A DNA stretch of 63,976 nt, counting the filler, from Chrysochromulina tobinii (lineage: Eukaryota), in the NCBI GenBank assembly GCA_001275005.1. It is 6 parts of 6 records of this genome, joined end to end, with 100 filler letters (N's around TTAATTAATTAA, not from the genome) between each part and the next. Parts side by side here need not be neighbours in the genome. Positions count along the whole stretch, not along the records: positions 32,631 to 53,744 come from JWZX01000910.1; positions 53,845 to 60,366 come from JWZX01000912.1; 4 more parts are not named here. One strand, given 5' to 3'. The notes below the pieces were generated by a model, which was not told where the DNA came from, made no database searches, and worked only from the letters and a program-made list of their open reading frames with translations. A program made the position numbers and the translations under genes. Shown here in pieces: positions 50,578 through 60,466 of this stretch (the first letter of the stretch is position 1; each line of letters starts with the position of its first letter).

Positions 50578-52024
50578 ATGCCGCAGACCTTCTACGTCGC
50601 CGTACTCCTCCTCACCGCCTGCGCTGCTCCAGCAGCTATCCGATCGAAATTTGCTGTCTTCCGACGCCAGCCTGCTTGCAGCGCGAGGACGTCCTATATA
50701 GCGGGCAAGCTCACTTTCGCTGATCGGAAGGCGTTGCTCGAGGAAGAACAGGTGACGCGACTATTTGCGTGGGTGACCTGCGCCTTCCGCGGAGATGAGC
50801 GCTACAATGACTTGAGAGCGGCATTTACCGCGATTTTTAGCGACAATCCTGGGCCGCGTCTCACACAACTCCTGGCCGACGCCATGAAGATGTGCCCTCG
50901 AGAGGATGAGGCAGTCGGAGAGCCCTTCCAGCTCGCCGACCGAGTGCAAGCGTCCTTGGGTGCGATGGGCGCAGCGCAGTGGACTGGCCGATTCAAAACC
51001 CGGCCGCACGCCCTGTTGGATGTACGCGAACTCAACGACGTCGATGAGTGGAGGCAACGGCTATCGCGTGGCGCACGTCGCACGCTTGCCAAGGCCGACG
51101 CGCAGGTTCAGAACTTTGCAGTGACGCTCCGACCCATCCGCGGCGGAGAACCGGCGCCGCACTCGTCGCTTGCGTGCTTTCGTGCGGTGTGCGCGCACGA
51201 GGTTCGGTTGCTTGCTGACGACGCCGACGACGTGCTCGAGGCTCTGTCCGTCGCGATCAGTCGTTACATCGGGACGACTCGCATGGCGGGCGAGGTGAGA
51301 GTATACCGCGACGCGACGACCACTGATGACGTTTGATTGCCATTCATCGCCTCCCTCATCAGGTACGAGAGTACCGCGACGTGCGCACCGGGCGTGTCGT
51401 CGCGATCGCGCACGAGGTAGCGAAGGGAATGCTCGAATGACCTCTGATGACCTCTGATGACTTCTGATGACTTCTGATGACATCTGATGGCCTCTGATGG
51501 CCTCTGATGGCCTCTGATGGCGGTGATGGCCTCTGATGGCGGCCTCTAATTGCCTCCCTCATTAGGTTGTGAAGGGGAGAGTCCTTCGAGGGCAATGGTT
51601 CTATTGCGACGACGATGCGGCGCGCCAGTTTGTGTGGTTCCAGGCCGTCACGGCTCTGGTGGCGCGTGCGATCGAGGACGAGCGGATCGACGTAGTCGAC
51701 CTCGGGCCTAGCGGCTCGGATGCCTTCACGGAACTTAAGGAGCGCTACGGATTCGTCACTGTGACCTCTTGATGAATGCTGATGATGATTGATTGTATCC
51801 CTAAGTAGGAGCGCTACGGATTTGTCACTGTGGAGGACTGGACGAGTGTGGCCTCTTGATGAATGCTGATGATGATTGATTGTATCCCTCATCAGGAGCG
51901 CTACGGATTTGTCACTGTGGAGGACTGGACGAGTGTGGCCAAATATGAGGGTCCGTTCCACTTTTCGCTGGGCGAGAGGCCAAGTGAGCAGCTCACAGGA
52001 TGGCTGGCAGCTCTCGGCAGTTGA
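50578..52024 (+). CDS. GNAT/FemAB (Acetyltransf_6)-like protein, probably organelle-targeted, 4 exons
   Basis: Introns 51295-51362, 51417-51565 and 51740(or 51761)-51895; C-terminal RAIEDERIDVVDLGPSG...ELKERYGF resembles the GNAT_6 motif; stop TGA at 52022-52024. Confidence 0.65.
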
Positions 52025-52672
52025 GCAGCTCTCGGCCTGGCGACTGCAGCAGCTGGCTTCTCGAACCTCTTCGACGTTCGACCCCGGCGACGTTGTCGAG
52101 CATCAGCCGCGCTCGTGCAGCCAGGTTCAGTCGTCAGGCGGGATCACCTTTAGCAAAATTGTGATCGAAGTCGACTATCAGCGCGTAGAAACCCCGCTCT
52201 GTGTCGCCAAGCAGGAGAATCCCACAGGCCGTCTTCGTCGACGCCGACACTGTGTGGATTGAGTGGGACACGAAGGCGTGAACAGCTCCTGGCGTGAACG
52301 CAGCTCCCTGGCATGGTATCACATTATTGAGAGAGAAACTATCGGAGTAGTTACGGAGTAGAGCGAACCCGAACGCTGCCCCGTGCCCGGCAGGTCAGGC
52401 GGATACCGAACCGCGAGCACTGCCCGAGGCCTAGGGCTAGGCGCTAGGCCCAACATGCCATAGCGCATAGGCGGCGCGGCATGCGGCGCGGGCGCTTTTA
52501 ACACGATCATGACGGCTGACCGGACGGGGGACAGACGCCGTCTTCTTACATCTTACTTCTATCCCGACGTATACACCCAGCAACCACCGTGTCGACGGTA
52601 ATCCACCCCTTAAAAAAACCGCCCTATACGTTGTCAATACGGTACGTCGATACCCCGCGCAGCCTCACCGCA

Positions 52673-53596
52673 TCAGGCCCGTGAGCCGCTCAGCTCTCTC
52701 TCTGTGGAGCGGCTCACTACCTTTGCACAGTAGTTGGCCGCACCGCGGCCATCACACGCCTCCGCCACTGCGAGGCTACAAAAGGGATTGCGCTCATAGG
52801 GCGTCTCACAAAGGGCGGCGGCGGCGGGCGCCTCGAGGCTGGATCGGATGAACTCGTCATCACGCGCCGCATCACCCACTGAGAGGGCCGTCATCAACAT
52901 CGGCCGTCGCGCCGCACGGAGCGCGTGGAGTGTAGGCGCCCATGCCTCGCGCCAGCCGGGCTCGCCGGTGCCCGGATTGAAGAGCACGAACGCGTCCGGA
53001 AGCGTCGCCTCCAGACCCGAATCCAGACTCGTGCCGTTGAGGAGTGCCCGGCCCAGCGCTCGGCCCAACTCGCCGCGATGGAAAAGGTCAGCAGTGCCCT
53101 CGGAAGGCACCGAGAGGCGCATGTGTAAGGCGCCGTCGGGCGACCGCCACTCACGCTCCAGCGGCACACCGGGCGGGGCGGCCTTCGGGCCGCAGAAGCT
53201 CACGTGAAGCTCCTTCATGCCCGTCAGACACGCCAGCTCGCTCCAGATCTGGACAGGCAGCGTCGACTCTGCGCGAGAGCCGACGACGCACAGCCGGTAC
53301 GCTGCTTGCTGCGGCGCTAGCGTCGCCAGCTGACGTGCGAGCGTTAGTGGGAAGGTCAGCGATGTCGATAGCAGCTGTATCGCGGCGAGCTGGTCTGCCA
53401 CCTCGGCGGAGGGAAACCGTGGGGAGAGCCACCCTCGCGCGTGAAGGTAGTCACGCCACGCCGTGAGCGGTTCGGTTTCGACTGTTGGCCTCAAGGCTCG
53501 TTGTACGGCGTCGGGCGTGATCCAAGGAGAAGGCTGAGTCAAAATGGCTCGTGCCGCGGCGAGGCGAGGCGTCGCGGTACTCAGACTTGGTCGCAT
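52673..53596 (-). CDS. MSS51-like C-terminal-domain protein, probably mitochondrial
   Basis: SLTFPLTLA, VVGSRAESTLP..IWSEL, FCGP, PDAFVLFNPG, WAPTL, MTALS, NPFCSL; Arg/Ala/Ser-rich N-terminus. Confidence 0.8.
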   Translation of the reverse strand: MRPSLSTATPRLAAARAILTQPSPWITPDAVQRALRPTVETEPLTAWRDYLHARGWLSPRFPSAEVADQLAAIQLLSTSLTFPLTLARQLATLAPQQAAYRLCVVGSRAESTLPVQIWSELACLTGMKELHVSFCGPKAAPPGVPLEREWRSPDGALHMRLSVPSEGTADLFHRGELGRALGRALLNGTSLDSGLEATLPDAFVLFNPGTGEPGWREAWAPTLHALRAARRPMLMTALSVGDAARDDEFIRSSLEAPAAAALCETPYERNPFCSLAVAEACDGRGAANYCAKVVSRSTERELSGSRA

Positions 53597-53652
53597 TTCA
53601 TCGCGCGTTCGTGAACACTCCAAGTCCAGTTCCTCGTGTCGAAAACACTCAC

Positions 53653-53694
53653 AAGTAAGTCAAGTCAAGTCAAGTCAAGTCAAGTCAAGTCAAG
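53653..53694. repeat. (AAGTC)n microsatellite
   Basis: About 8 units. Confidence 0.9.
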
Positions 53695-53744
53695 TGATTC
53701 AAAATGGCGGTCGCCTTTCCGCCGCCTTTGGTGCCCATCGCTGG

Positions 53745-53844
53745 NNNNNNNNNNNNNNNNNNNNNNNNNNNNNNNNNNNNNNNNNNNNTTAATTAATTAA
53801 NNNNNNNNNNNNNNNNNNNNNNNNNNNNNNNNNNNNNNNNNNNN
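53745..53844. other. Artificial contig spacer
   Basis: N-TTAATTAATTAA-N. Confidence 0.97.
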
Positions 53845-54944
53845 GCTGCGATCATTTCGAAGGCGAGCGCGATGCCCATGGACGCATTGTGCGGCAGGTG
53901 GCGCAAGAGCGAAGGCACGGCGCCCGCCTCGAGGAGCAGCCGGTAGCTCGCGCCGCGTGCTTTGGCAATGCCGGCGATGACGAGCCCGAGGTCGTCCGCA
54001 CGGGATGCACCCGCCTTGTCCAGCGCGGCCACCAGGAGCGCAAGAGCGCCGGGCACCTCGTCGAGAAGCGCCACCTGGATGGAGCCGAAGCTTTCGAGGA
54101 TGCGCAACGTCGATGACGGCGTCTCGCGAAACCCCGCCACGCGGGCCAATGTGCGCGCCGCAGCATCGGCGGCAGCTTCATCCTGTAGCAACTTGCACTG
54201 CAGCGCAAGCCTGCGAATAGGGCGAACCGAGAGCGGCACTGTGAGAGTAGGTGGGGTCGCACAGCGGGTGCGGCTGCAGCGCAGCGTGGCGTGCGCTTTT
54301 GGGGGGGGGGCTGCAACGCACGCTTCTCGGAGCGGTTCTAGCTGTGCCGTGCGTAGAAGCCGTCGAGTCGACGCCTGCAGCTCGACGGACGCGTCCGGTT
54401 CCGCCAGGATCGAGAGACAAGCCGAGACTGCCTCGCGCTCCGCCTCCGGATCCAGCTCCTTTAATGGTCCGGACTCACGACAGGCGGCTATGGAACCAAG
54501 CAGCCGCACTCGCGCCTCGGTAGACGTGCTGGCGCTCGACGCCGCTTCGAGCAAGCCTGCGATTGCGCGAGGAGTCGCAAGCAGTGCGGCGATGGCTTGC
54601 TCGGCAAGGTCGCCGTGCAGCAGGCTCTGCAATCTGGCTGCGGTCTCCGCCGTTGCCGCGGTTGCCACGAGCTGCGCGCATGCGTTGGCGGCGGCGAGGG
54701 ACGTGACGTCACCCAATGCAGCTCCCTCGGGCGACCGCTCCTCCGCCTCCTCCTCCTCCTCCTCCTCCTCCTCCTCGGCTGTCCCCGCCAACGGAGAGCT
54801 GGAGGTGATCTTCTTCTTCTTCTTTCCCGTTCTCGATCGTGCGCTGGCCGCCTTGGACGGCGATGATCGCGAAGATGATGGACTGCGAAGCGTCGAAGGC
54901 GTGCCGTCGCCGCGCGCCACCCGCTCGATGGGCATTCGGCGCAT
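53845..54944 (-). CDS. Armadillo/HEAT-repeat-like protein, 3' end lost in the gap
   Basis: PGALALLVAAL, LLEAGAVPSLLRHL; poly-K NLS-like and poly-E tracts; possible in-frame intron at 54321-54211. Confidence 0.65.
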
Positions 54945-55106
54945 GGCTTGGGTGCCCAAAATTCCTTAATTTGGTCTAAAAAGTTCCACACGTAACTTGG
55001 TGGACTTTGATGTTCATGTTCGAACATGTTGTCTCAACATGGACGAACGTCGTGATGGGCTCTTCTCGACGATCGTTCACGACCAGGATTTCGTGATCCA
55101 CGTGAA

Positions 55107-56126
55107 ATGTCCTCATGGAACCGATTGATCGCGGCGACGCTCGTCGTCACGTGCAGCGCGGGCGCGACACGTGATGAGCTCATCATCCGCCCGCTGCCTC
55201 GCGCGCCTGGCCAGGAGGCCTTTGGCGCCGAGGTGCTCAACCTCGCACTCGACGGCGGCATGCCGAGCGCCGAGGTGCTCGCAAGGCTTGAGGAGGCGCT
55301 GTCGACGCACGGGCTGCTCGTGCTGCGCGCCGCCGCCCTCGAGCACGTTCCGCCGCAGAGCTTTGCCGCCTTTGTCCACCACTTCAACCCGGGCACCACG
55401 ACCGTGTGGCGCGATCAGCGCACCAACCCTTGGGAGCGGTACAAGGCGGAGGCGATGGGGCCAGCGGGAACGTTCCAGTTGCCATCGTGCCCCGAGACGC
55501 TCGTCATCGGCAAGGGCGAGCTCGTCGACCACTGGGGTCTCACGTGCACCCTGGGCGGCAAGCGTGCCGCCTACGGCAAGACGAGCGGCAGCCAGGTCAT
55601 CGGCGGCGGCAAGCTGCAGTGGCACATCGACGGTGCGTTTTGGTCTGCGCCTGGGTCAACCGCGACGGGACTGCCGTGCCCGGTAGTCGGGATGCGCTGC
55701 GTCGAGGCGCCCCCCGCGCGCATGGTCAGCATTGCCTACGGCGACGGTGTGAGCCTCGACTGCCCAGCGGGCTCCACCGTCTTCTGCAGCGGCGCTAGGG
55801 CGTACGACCTTCTCTCGGCGACCGAGCAAGAGCGCGCTCGGCGTACTACGGTGGTGTACAGCCCGCACCCGTTCAAGCGCTTTGCAAAGCTCGGCATGAG
55901 CGGCGACGGGCTGCGCTGCGAGGGCGACGCCGCGCTCGAGACGGCGCTCGCGCCTGACGAGCGCAGCGGGCGACTTCGACTGCCCCTCGTGTGGTTTCAT
56001 CCGCGCACGGGGCGGGCGGCGCTCATGCCGCTCACGCGCTGTCTCGAGCGGCTCGAGGTGTGGAGCTCGGCGGAGCAGGCGGCAGCCGCGGCCGAGCGCG
56101 GCACGGCGGCGGACGCCGATGCCGAT

Positions 56127-56175
<49 letters not shown>

Positions 56176-57650
56176 AGGGTGCGGAGGTGGCGGCCAAGGC
56201 GGCGTGCGCTGTGTCGGGCGCTGATAGCGCCGTGTCGGGCGCTGGGAGCGCCGTGTCGGGCGCTGAGGGTGCCGTGTCGGGCGCTGAGCTGATCGAGCTG
56301 CCGGCAGCTCGTACGTACCTGCATACGCTCATGCGGCGCGCGGCGGAGCCGGGCCTCGTCCATGCCGTCGATTGGCGCCCTGGCGACTGCGCCATCTGGG
56401 ACAATCACCTCATGTGGCACTCGGCGACGGGCGGGTTGCCCGACGATGCGCGGCGGGTGATGCACCTCGTCGCGTTCGATGGCACGCGGCCGCCGCTCGC
56501 GCGTCCGCCTGCGGGCGTGGAGCCGCCGCTCCCGCCGCCACCGCCGCCGCCCAATACGGCGCCGCCGCCCAATACGGCGCCGCGGAGGAGCATCGGCATC
56601 GGCGCTCGAGGCAGCGCTCAGGCGAGGCGCCGTGGTGAGCGCCCCTCCTCGGCCTCCGGCTCGCCCCACATGGACACGGAGCGCCGTGGTGAGCGCCCCC
56701 CGCACGTGCTCGGGCTCATCATCGGGCAGACGCCGCGGGACGACCTTGCGCAGCCGTTGCGACGTTCCCTGGATCTCGCGTGCCTCAAGTGTGCCCCTCT
56801 GCGCGCATGGCTGCCCACAGGAGGGCTGGAGTGTAGCGTGCGAGGCGCGATGGATGGAGTGAGCGAGGCCGACCTCGCTCGACTCTACGGCGTCGTGAGG
56901 CGAGCGCCACCAGAGGCGGAAGCGGCGGAGGCGGCGACGGCGGGAGGGGCAGCCTCGGCGGAGAGAGCAGCTATCTCGAATGCGGAGATTGCCGCTATCA
57001 CGGACGCGAAGATAGCAGCGGCCGCTGCACCCGCGTCATCACACGTGAGCTCATCCCCATTCGGCAGCTCGTGCCCTTTGATCACACGCCTCGCCTCAGG
57101 TCAGCCAGTCGCGGCCTCCGAGGATGCCCTCACGCCTCTACTGCAGCGGCAGTTGGACACCGCCGCTGAGGCTGTGTCGGGCGCTGGGCGGCCGGATCAC
57201 GCCTTCCTGCTCTGCGCGGGCCGCTTCGACGGGTTGCATGCGCCAGATGGGATCTCCCTCATTAAGCCCTTTGAGTGCGCGGCGGCGATAGCGCTCGCGC
57301 TTGGGGTGACCGACGCCGTGCTGTGCGTGCCCACCGACGAGCAGGCGCCGCATGCCATCGCTCGCTGGCGCTCCCGCCTCTCGCCCGCCGCCACGCTACG
57401 CACATGCACGCTGCCAGAGGATCCGGAGGAAGGCGCGCTCGCGTGCGTCGTCGACGCGGCCAAGGGCCTCCGCCCCGGCGCTGCTGTCATCCTCGACTTT
57501 GTCGGCCACCCGCCCGAGGTGGCGGCCGCGCTGCGGCAGCGACTCCGGGATAGCAGGCCCGTGGCCGCCGCGACGACCACGGTCATCGACGTGGGCGAGG
57601 CGGGCTTGGCGCAGCTGCGCGCCGCGCTCATGACGCAGGCGGGGGCCTGA
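55107..57650 (+). CDS. TauD/TfdA-family Fe(II)/2-oxoglutarate dioxygenase (XanA-like) fused to an AroM-family domain
   Basis: WHIDG (HxD), GSTVFCSG..AYDLLS, VVYSPHP, LPLVWFHPRTG, DWRPGDCAIWDNHLMWHSA, RRVMH; C-terminal IIGQTPRDD, GAMDG, LITRLASGQPV, PLLQRQL, LLCAGRF, LIKP, VILDFVGH. Confidence 0.8.
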
Positions 57651-58448
57651 GGCTGAGGCGTTAGCCTCCGTTAGGTAGCGCTCGAGGGGTGGTCGAGCGG
57701 TGATCGGTAGTTAGATCGTACAGCATGTTAAATTACGGTTAACCCGACACCGAGAACAATCGCATCCAACTCCTAACCAACGCGCGCGGTCACGCACACG
57801 CGACGCGCCATCCACTCGCTTCAATCATGAGCTCCGCAGCTCCCCGGACTCCGAGATGCAGCAGCACATCCGCTCGAGCTCGCCACATGCACACCGCACA
57901 GGCCACTACGCACTAGGCCAGGTACACAAAGCGCGTCACCCCGGGTCGTGGCCGGTCCACATCTCGCACCTGTCGTGCACACAGCTGTCCAATCACAGCT
58001 CCGCTCGTTTGACGAGCCCAGCCCTCGCAGCCGCCTCACAGCAGTACGAGGGCATCTACTCCAATCTCCAAGCATCGCGCCCGCGTCGGTCCTCCTGTCC
58101 GTCGCACCTCATGTCTCCGCTCTCAGTCCGAATCGCATGCAGTACGCACCCAGCACGCACCGTGCGGGGGCACCAGACCCAGCGCTCCTCAACGTCGCTC
58201 TCCCCGGGCCCCACACCATCTCCGCAGCCTGAGCCGCTGCCACGCCTGCCCATCGCCTCGCGTTCATCCTCGCGCTCCAGCCTCCTGTCCGACACGCCCC
58301 AAGCGAGCGTCCCCCCTAGAATGTTTCCCCTCGCCCCGCCCCGGTTGAGCACGCAGCCGTTTCGCCCCCTCGATGGCGGCGGCTAGGCGGCGGCCGTGTC
58401 GCCCGTTGCCGCTCTCATGCGCGTGCTCTGCGCTGCACCTTAAGGGCC

Positions 58449-60323
58449 CTAGAGGGCAAAGGTCTCTTCGAAGGACGAGAGGACGCGCACATCGTCCTCG
58501 GCAAACATGGACGTGCAGTCCTCGACGCATAGCAGTGAGGCCGTCTCGTCGAGAGACAGCGGTGCGTTCCACGACGTGTTCCACCTGTGCTCGAACGGTG
58601 TGTTCCACGACGTGTTGCGTGCGGTTAGGGAGAGGGGGGGCTCCTCGAGTAGCCCTCTCGGGCTCCATCTCGGGTACTTGGGCTGAAGGCAGCGTGGCAT
58701 GTGGCGTGTGTGGTGCTTCCGGTAGAGCTCGCGCCATTCGGCCCGTGCCTCTTGGAGTGCGTCTCGGAGCGGCTGCAAGAAGGCCGTCTTGAGAGCGCGC
58801 TGCACTGAGCGTGGCGGAGCAACGCGCGTCTTGGCGATGACGTCACGCTTTGGCGAGTGCACGCGCTGGCGCTTGAGCCCGCTCGTACGCTCGCGCGTGT
58901 GCTCGAGCGGCTGCGCGCGCCGCGTCTCAGTCGAGCCGGCGGCCAACTCTGGATGGGGACTCGTAGAGAGCCGCGGGTCCAGCACGAGGAGAGTCGCGGC
59001 GGTGGCTGCGTGGGTGGCGAAGGCAGCGGCGGGGGCAGCGGCGGAGGCGGCGACGGCAGCGGCGGGGGCAGCGGCGGAGGCGGCGTGCGTCAGTGAGCGA
59101 GTTACCCTTCTGCGCTCACCTACGGCGTGAGTGGCGGCCGCGATGCCAGCGACGAACTTGATGCGCCCGCCCAACATCGTCGGGGTGACGGCGCGCTTGA
59201 CCTTGACAGGGCATGCGACCGTACGTGTGCACTCCGTGGCTATGCCGCCCGGGAAGGGCGAGATGCGCATGTACTTCACGGTGTACTCGCGACAGGGATC
59301 GGCCGTAGATGGCTCCGCCTCTGCCTTCGCCTCTGTCTCCGACTCGACCTCCGCCTCGGTCACTTCGTGCGCTGCCGACTCGGCCGCCGCCGCTGCGACG
59401 GTCGTCCCGATGATCTCGAGCGCTCTGGGACGGGGCGAGTGCGAGCGCGGTGCGAAGGGCAGGGCAGCTGAGCCCACTGGCAAGCCTCGTGCGAGCCGGG
59501 GCGAGACCCGGCCCGAGATGAGCATGGGTGAGCGCTTCGACGGCGCGTACACCGCGTGACGGGGCGACGGGGGGCGACGGATGCCCAGAGAATGGCCGCG
59601 CGTCATGGCGGCCACCTCGTCATCCTCCGCGTTCATGCCGTTGGTGGTCGGCGCGCCGTAGGCGTGAGAGGTCGCATGGGCACATGGGCGCACCGGAGCG
59701 CCTACCGCGCACGCGCTCCCGGGCTTCGCAGCGATGGGCGGCGTGACGAGCTGGCCTAGGGGGAGGGCGGCCTTGGCTTCGTTCTCGACGCTCTCGGCTG
59801 GCATGGCAGCGGGGAGAGCCCCGGTGGGGAGCTGCACTGAGACGAACGGCGAGCCAACACAGTGCGCGCGGTGCTTGCCCATCTGCGCCTCCGTCCGCGC
59901 CACCCTCTCGGGCGCTTTTTCGTCCTCGAGCACCACCGAGCCCGCGCCCGCCTCATCGGGTGGCAGGAGGCACGCATAGACGAGCCTGGCTGAGCCGAGC
60001 GATGGTGGCAAGGTCTTGAGGGAGTCGCCCAGGGAGCGCACGAGCCCGTGCGCGAGGGCGGGCGAGCTCATGAGCATGGAAGGCGTCGCGTCCAAGTCGG
60101 GCGAGCCCGCGTTCGAGCCACCGTCGGCGCGGCCCGTGGCCAGGTCCCGGGTCGTCAGCGCGACGAGCTCCATGGGCGAGAGTGGCGGCGCGGGCGCGGG
60201 CGTGGGCATCTCGAGCATCTCGAGAGCGTCCAGCTGTCCGCCCATCTCGGGCAGCTCCTCCGTGTGCTCGAGCATAACCTCGTCCTCGCGCACGCACCGC
60301 CACATGTCGAGCACCTCCTCCAC
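58449..60323 (-). CDS. Low-complexity hypothetical protein
   Basis: 624-aa ORF with host-like codon usage, no recognisable domain; possible in-frame intron at 58677-58585. Confidence 0.55.
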   Translation of the reverse strand: MEEVLDMWRCVREDEVMLEHTEELPEMGGQLDALEMLEMPTPAPAPPLSPMELVALTTRDLATGRADGGSNAGSPDLDATPSMLMSSPALAHGLVRSLGDSLKTLPPSLGSARLVYACLLPPDEAGAGSVVLEDEKAPERVARTEAQMGKHRAHCVGSPFVSVQLPTGALPAAMPAESVENEAKAALPLGQLVTPPIAAKPGSACAVGAPVRPCAHATSHAYGAPTTNGMNAEDDEVAAMTRGHSLGIRRPPSPRHAVYAPSKRSPMLISGRVSPRLARGLPVGSAALPFAPRSHSPRPRALEIIGTTVAAAAAESAAHEVTEAEVESETEAKAEAEPSTADPCREYTVKYMRISPFPGGIATECTRTVACPVKVKRAVTPTMLGGRIKFVAGIAAATHAVGERRRVTRSLTHAASAAAPAAAVAASAAAPAAAFATHAATAATLLVLDPRLSTSPHPELAAGSTETRRAQPLEHTRERTSGLKRQRVHSPKRDVIAKTRVAPPRSVQRALKTAFLQPLRDALQEARAEWRELYRKHHTRHMPRCLQPKYPRWSPRGLLEEPPLSLTARNTSWNTPFEHRWNTSWNAPLSLDETASLLCVEDCTSMFAEDDVRVLSSFEETFAL

Positions 60324-60366
60324 GTCGTAGGGCTCGGGCTCGGCTTGGGGACGCGGGAGCGCGTCG

Positions 60367-60466
60367 NNNNNNNNNNNNNNNNNNNNNNNNNNNNNNNNNN
60401 NNNNNNNNNNTTAATTAATTAANNNNNNNNNNNNNNNNNNNNNNNNNNNNNNNNNNNNNNNNNNNN
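60367..60466. other. Artificial contig spacer
   Basis: N-TTAATTAATTAA-N. Confidence 0.97.

Noticed and set aside
57821..58390. Overlapping short ORFs on both strands
   Set aside because: No consistent frame or motif could be supported.
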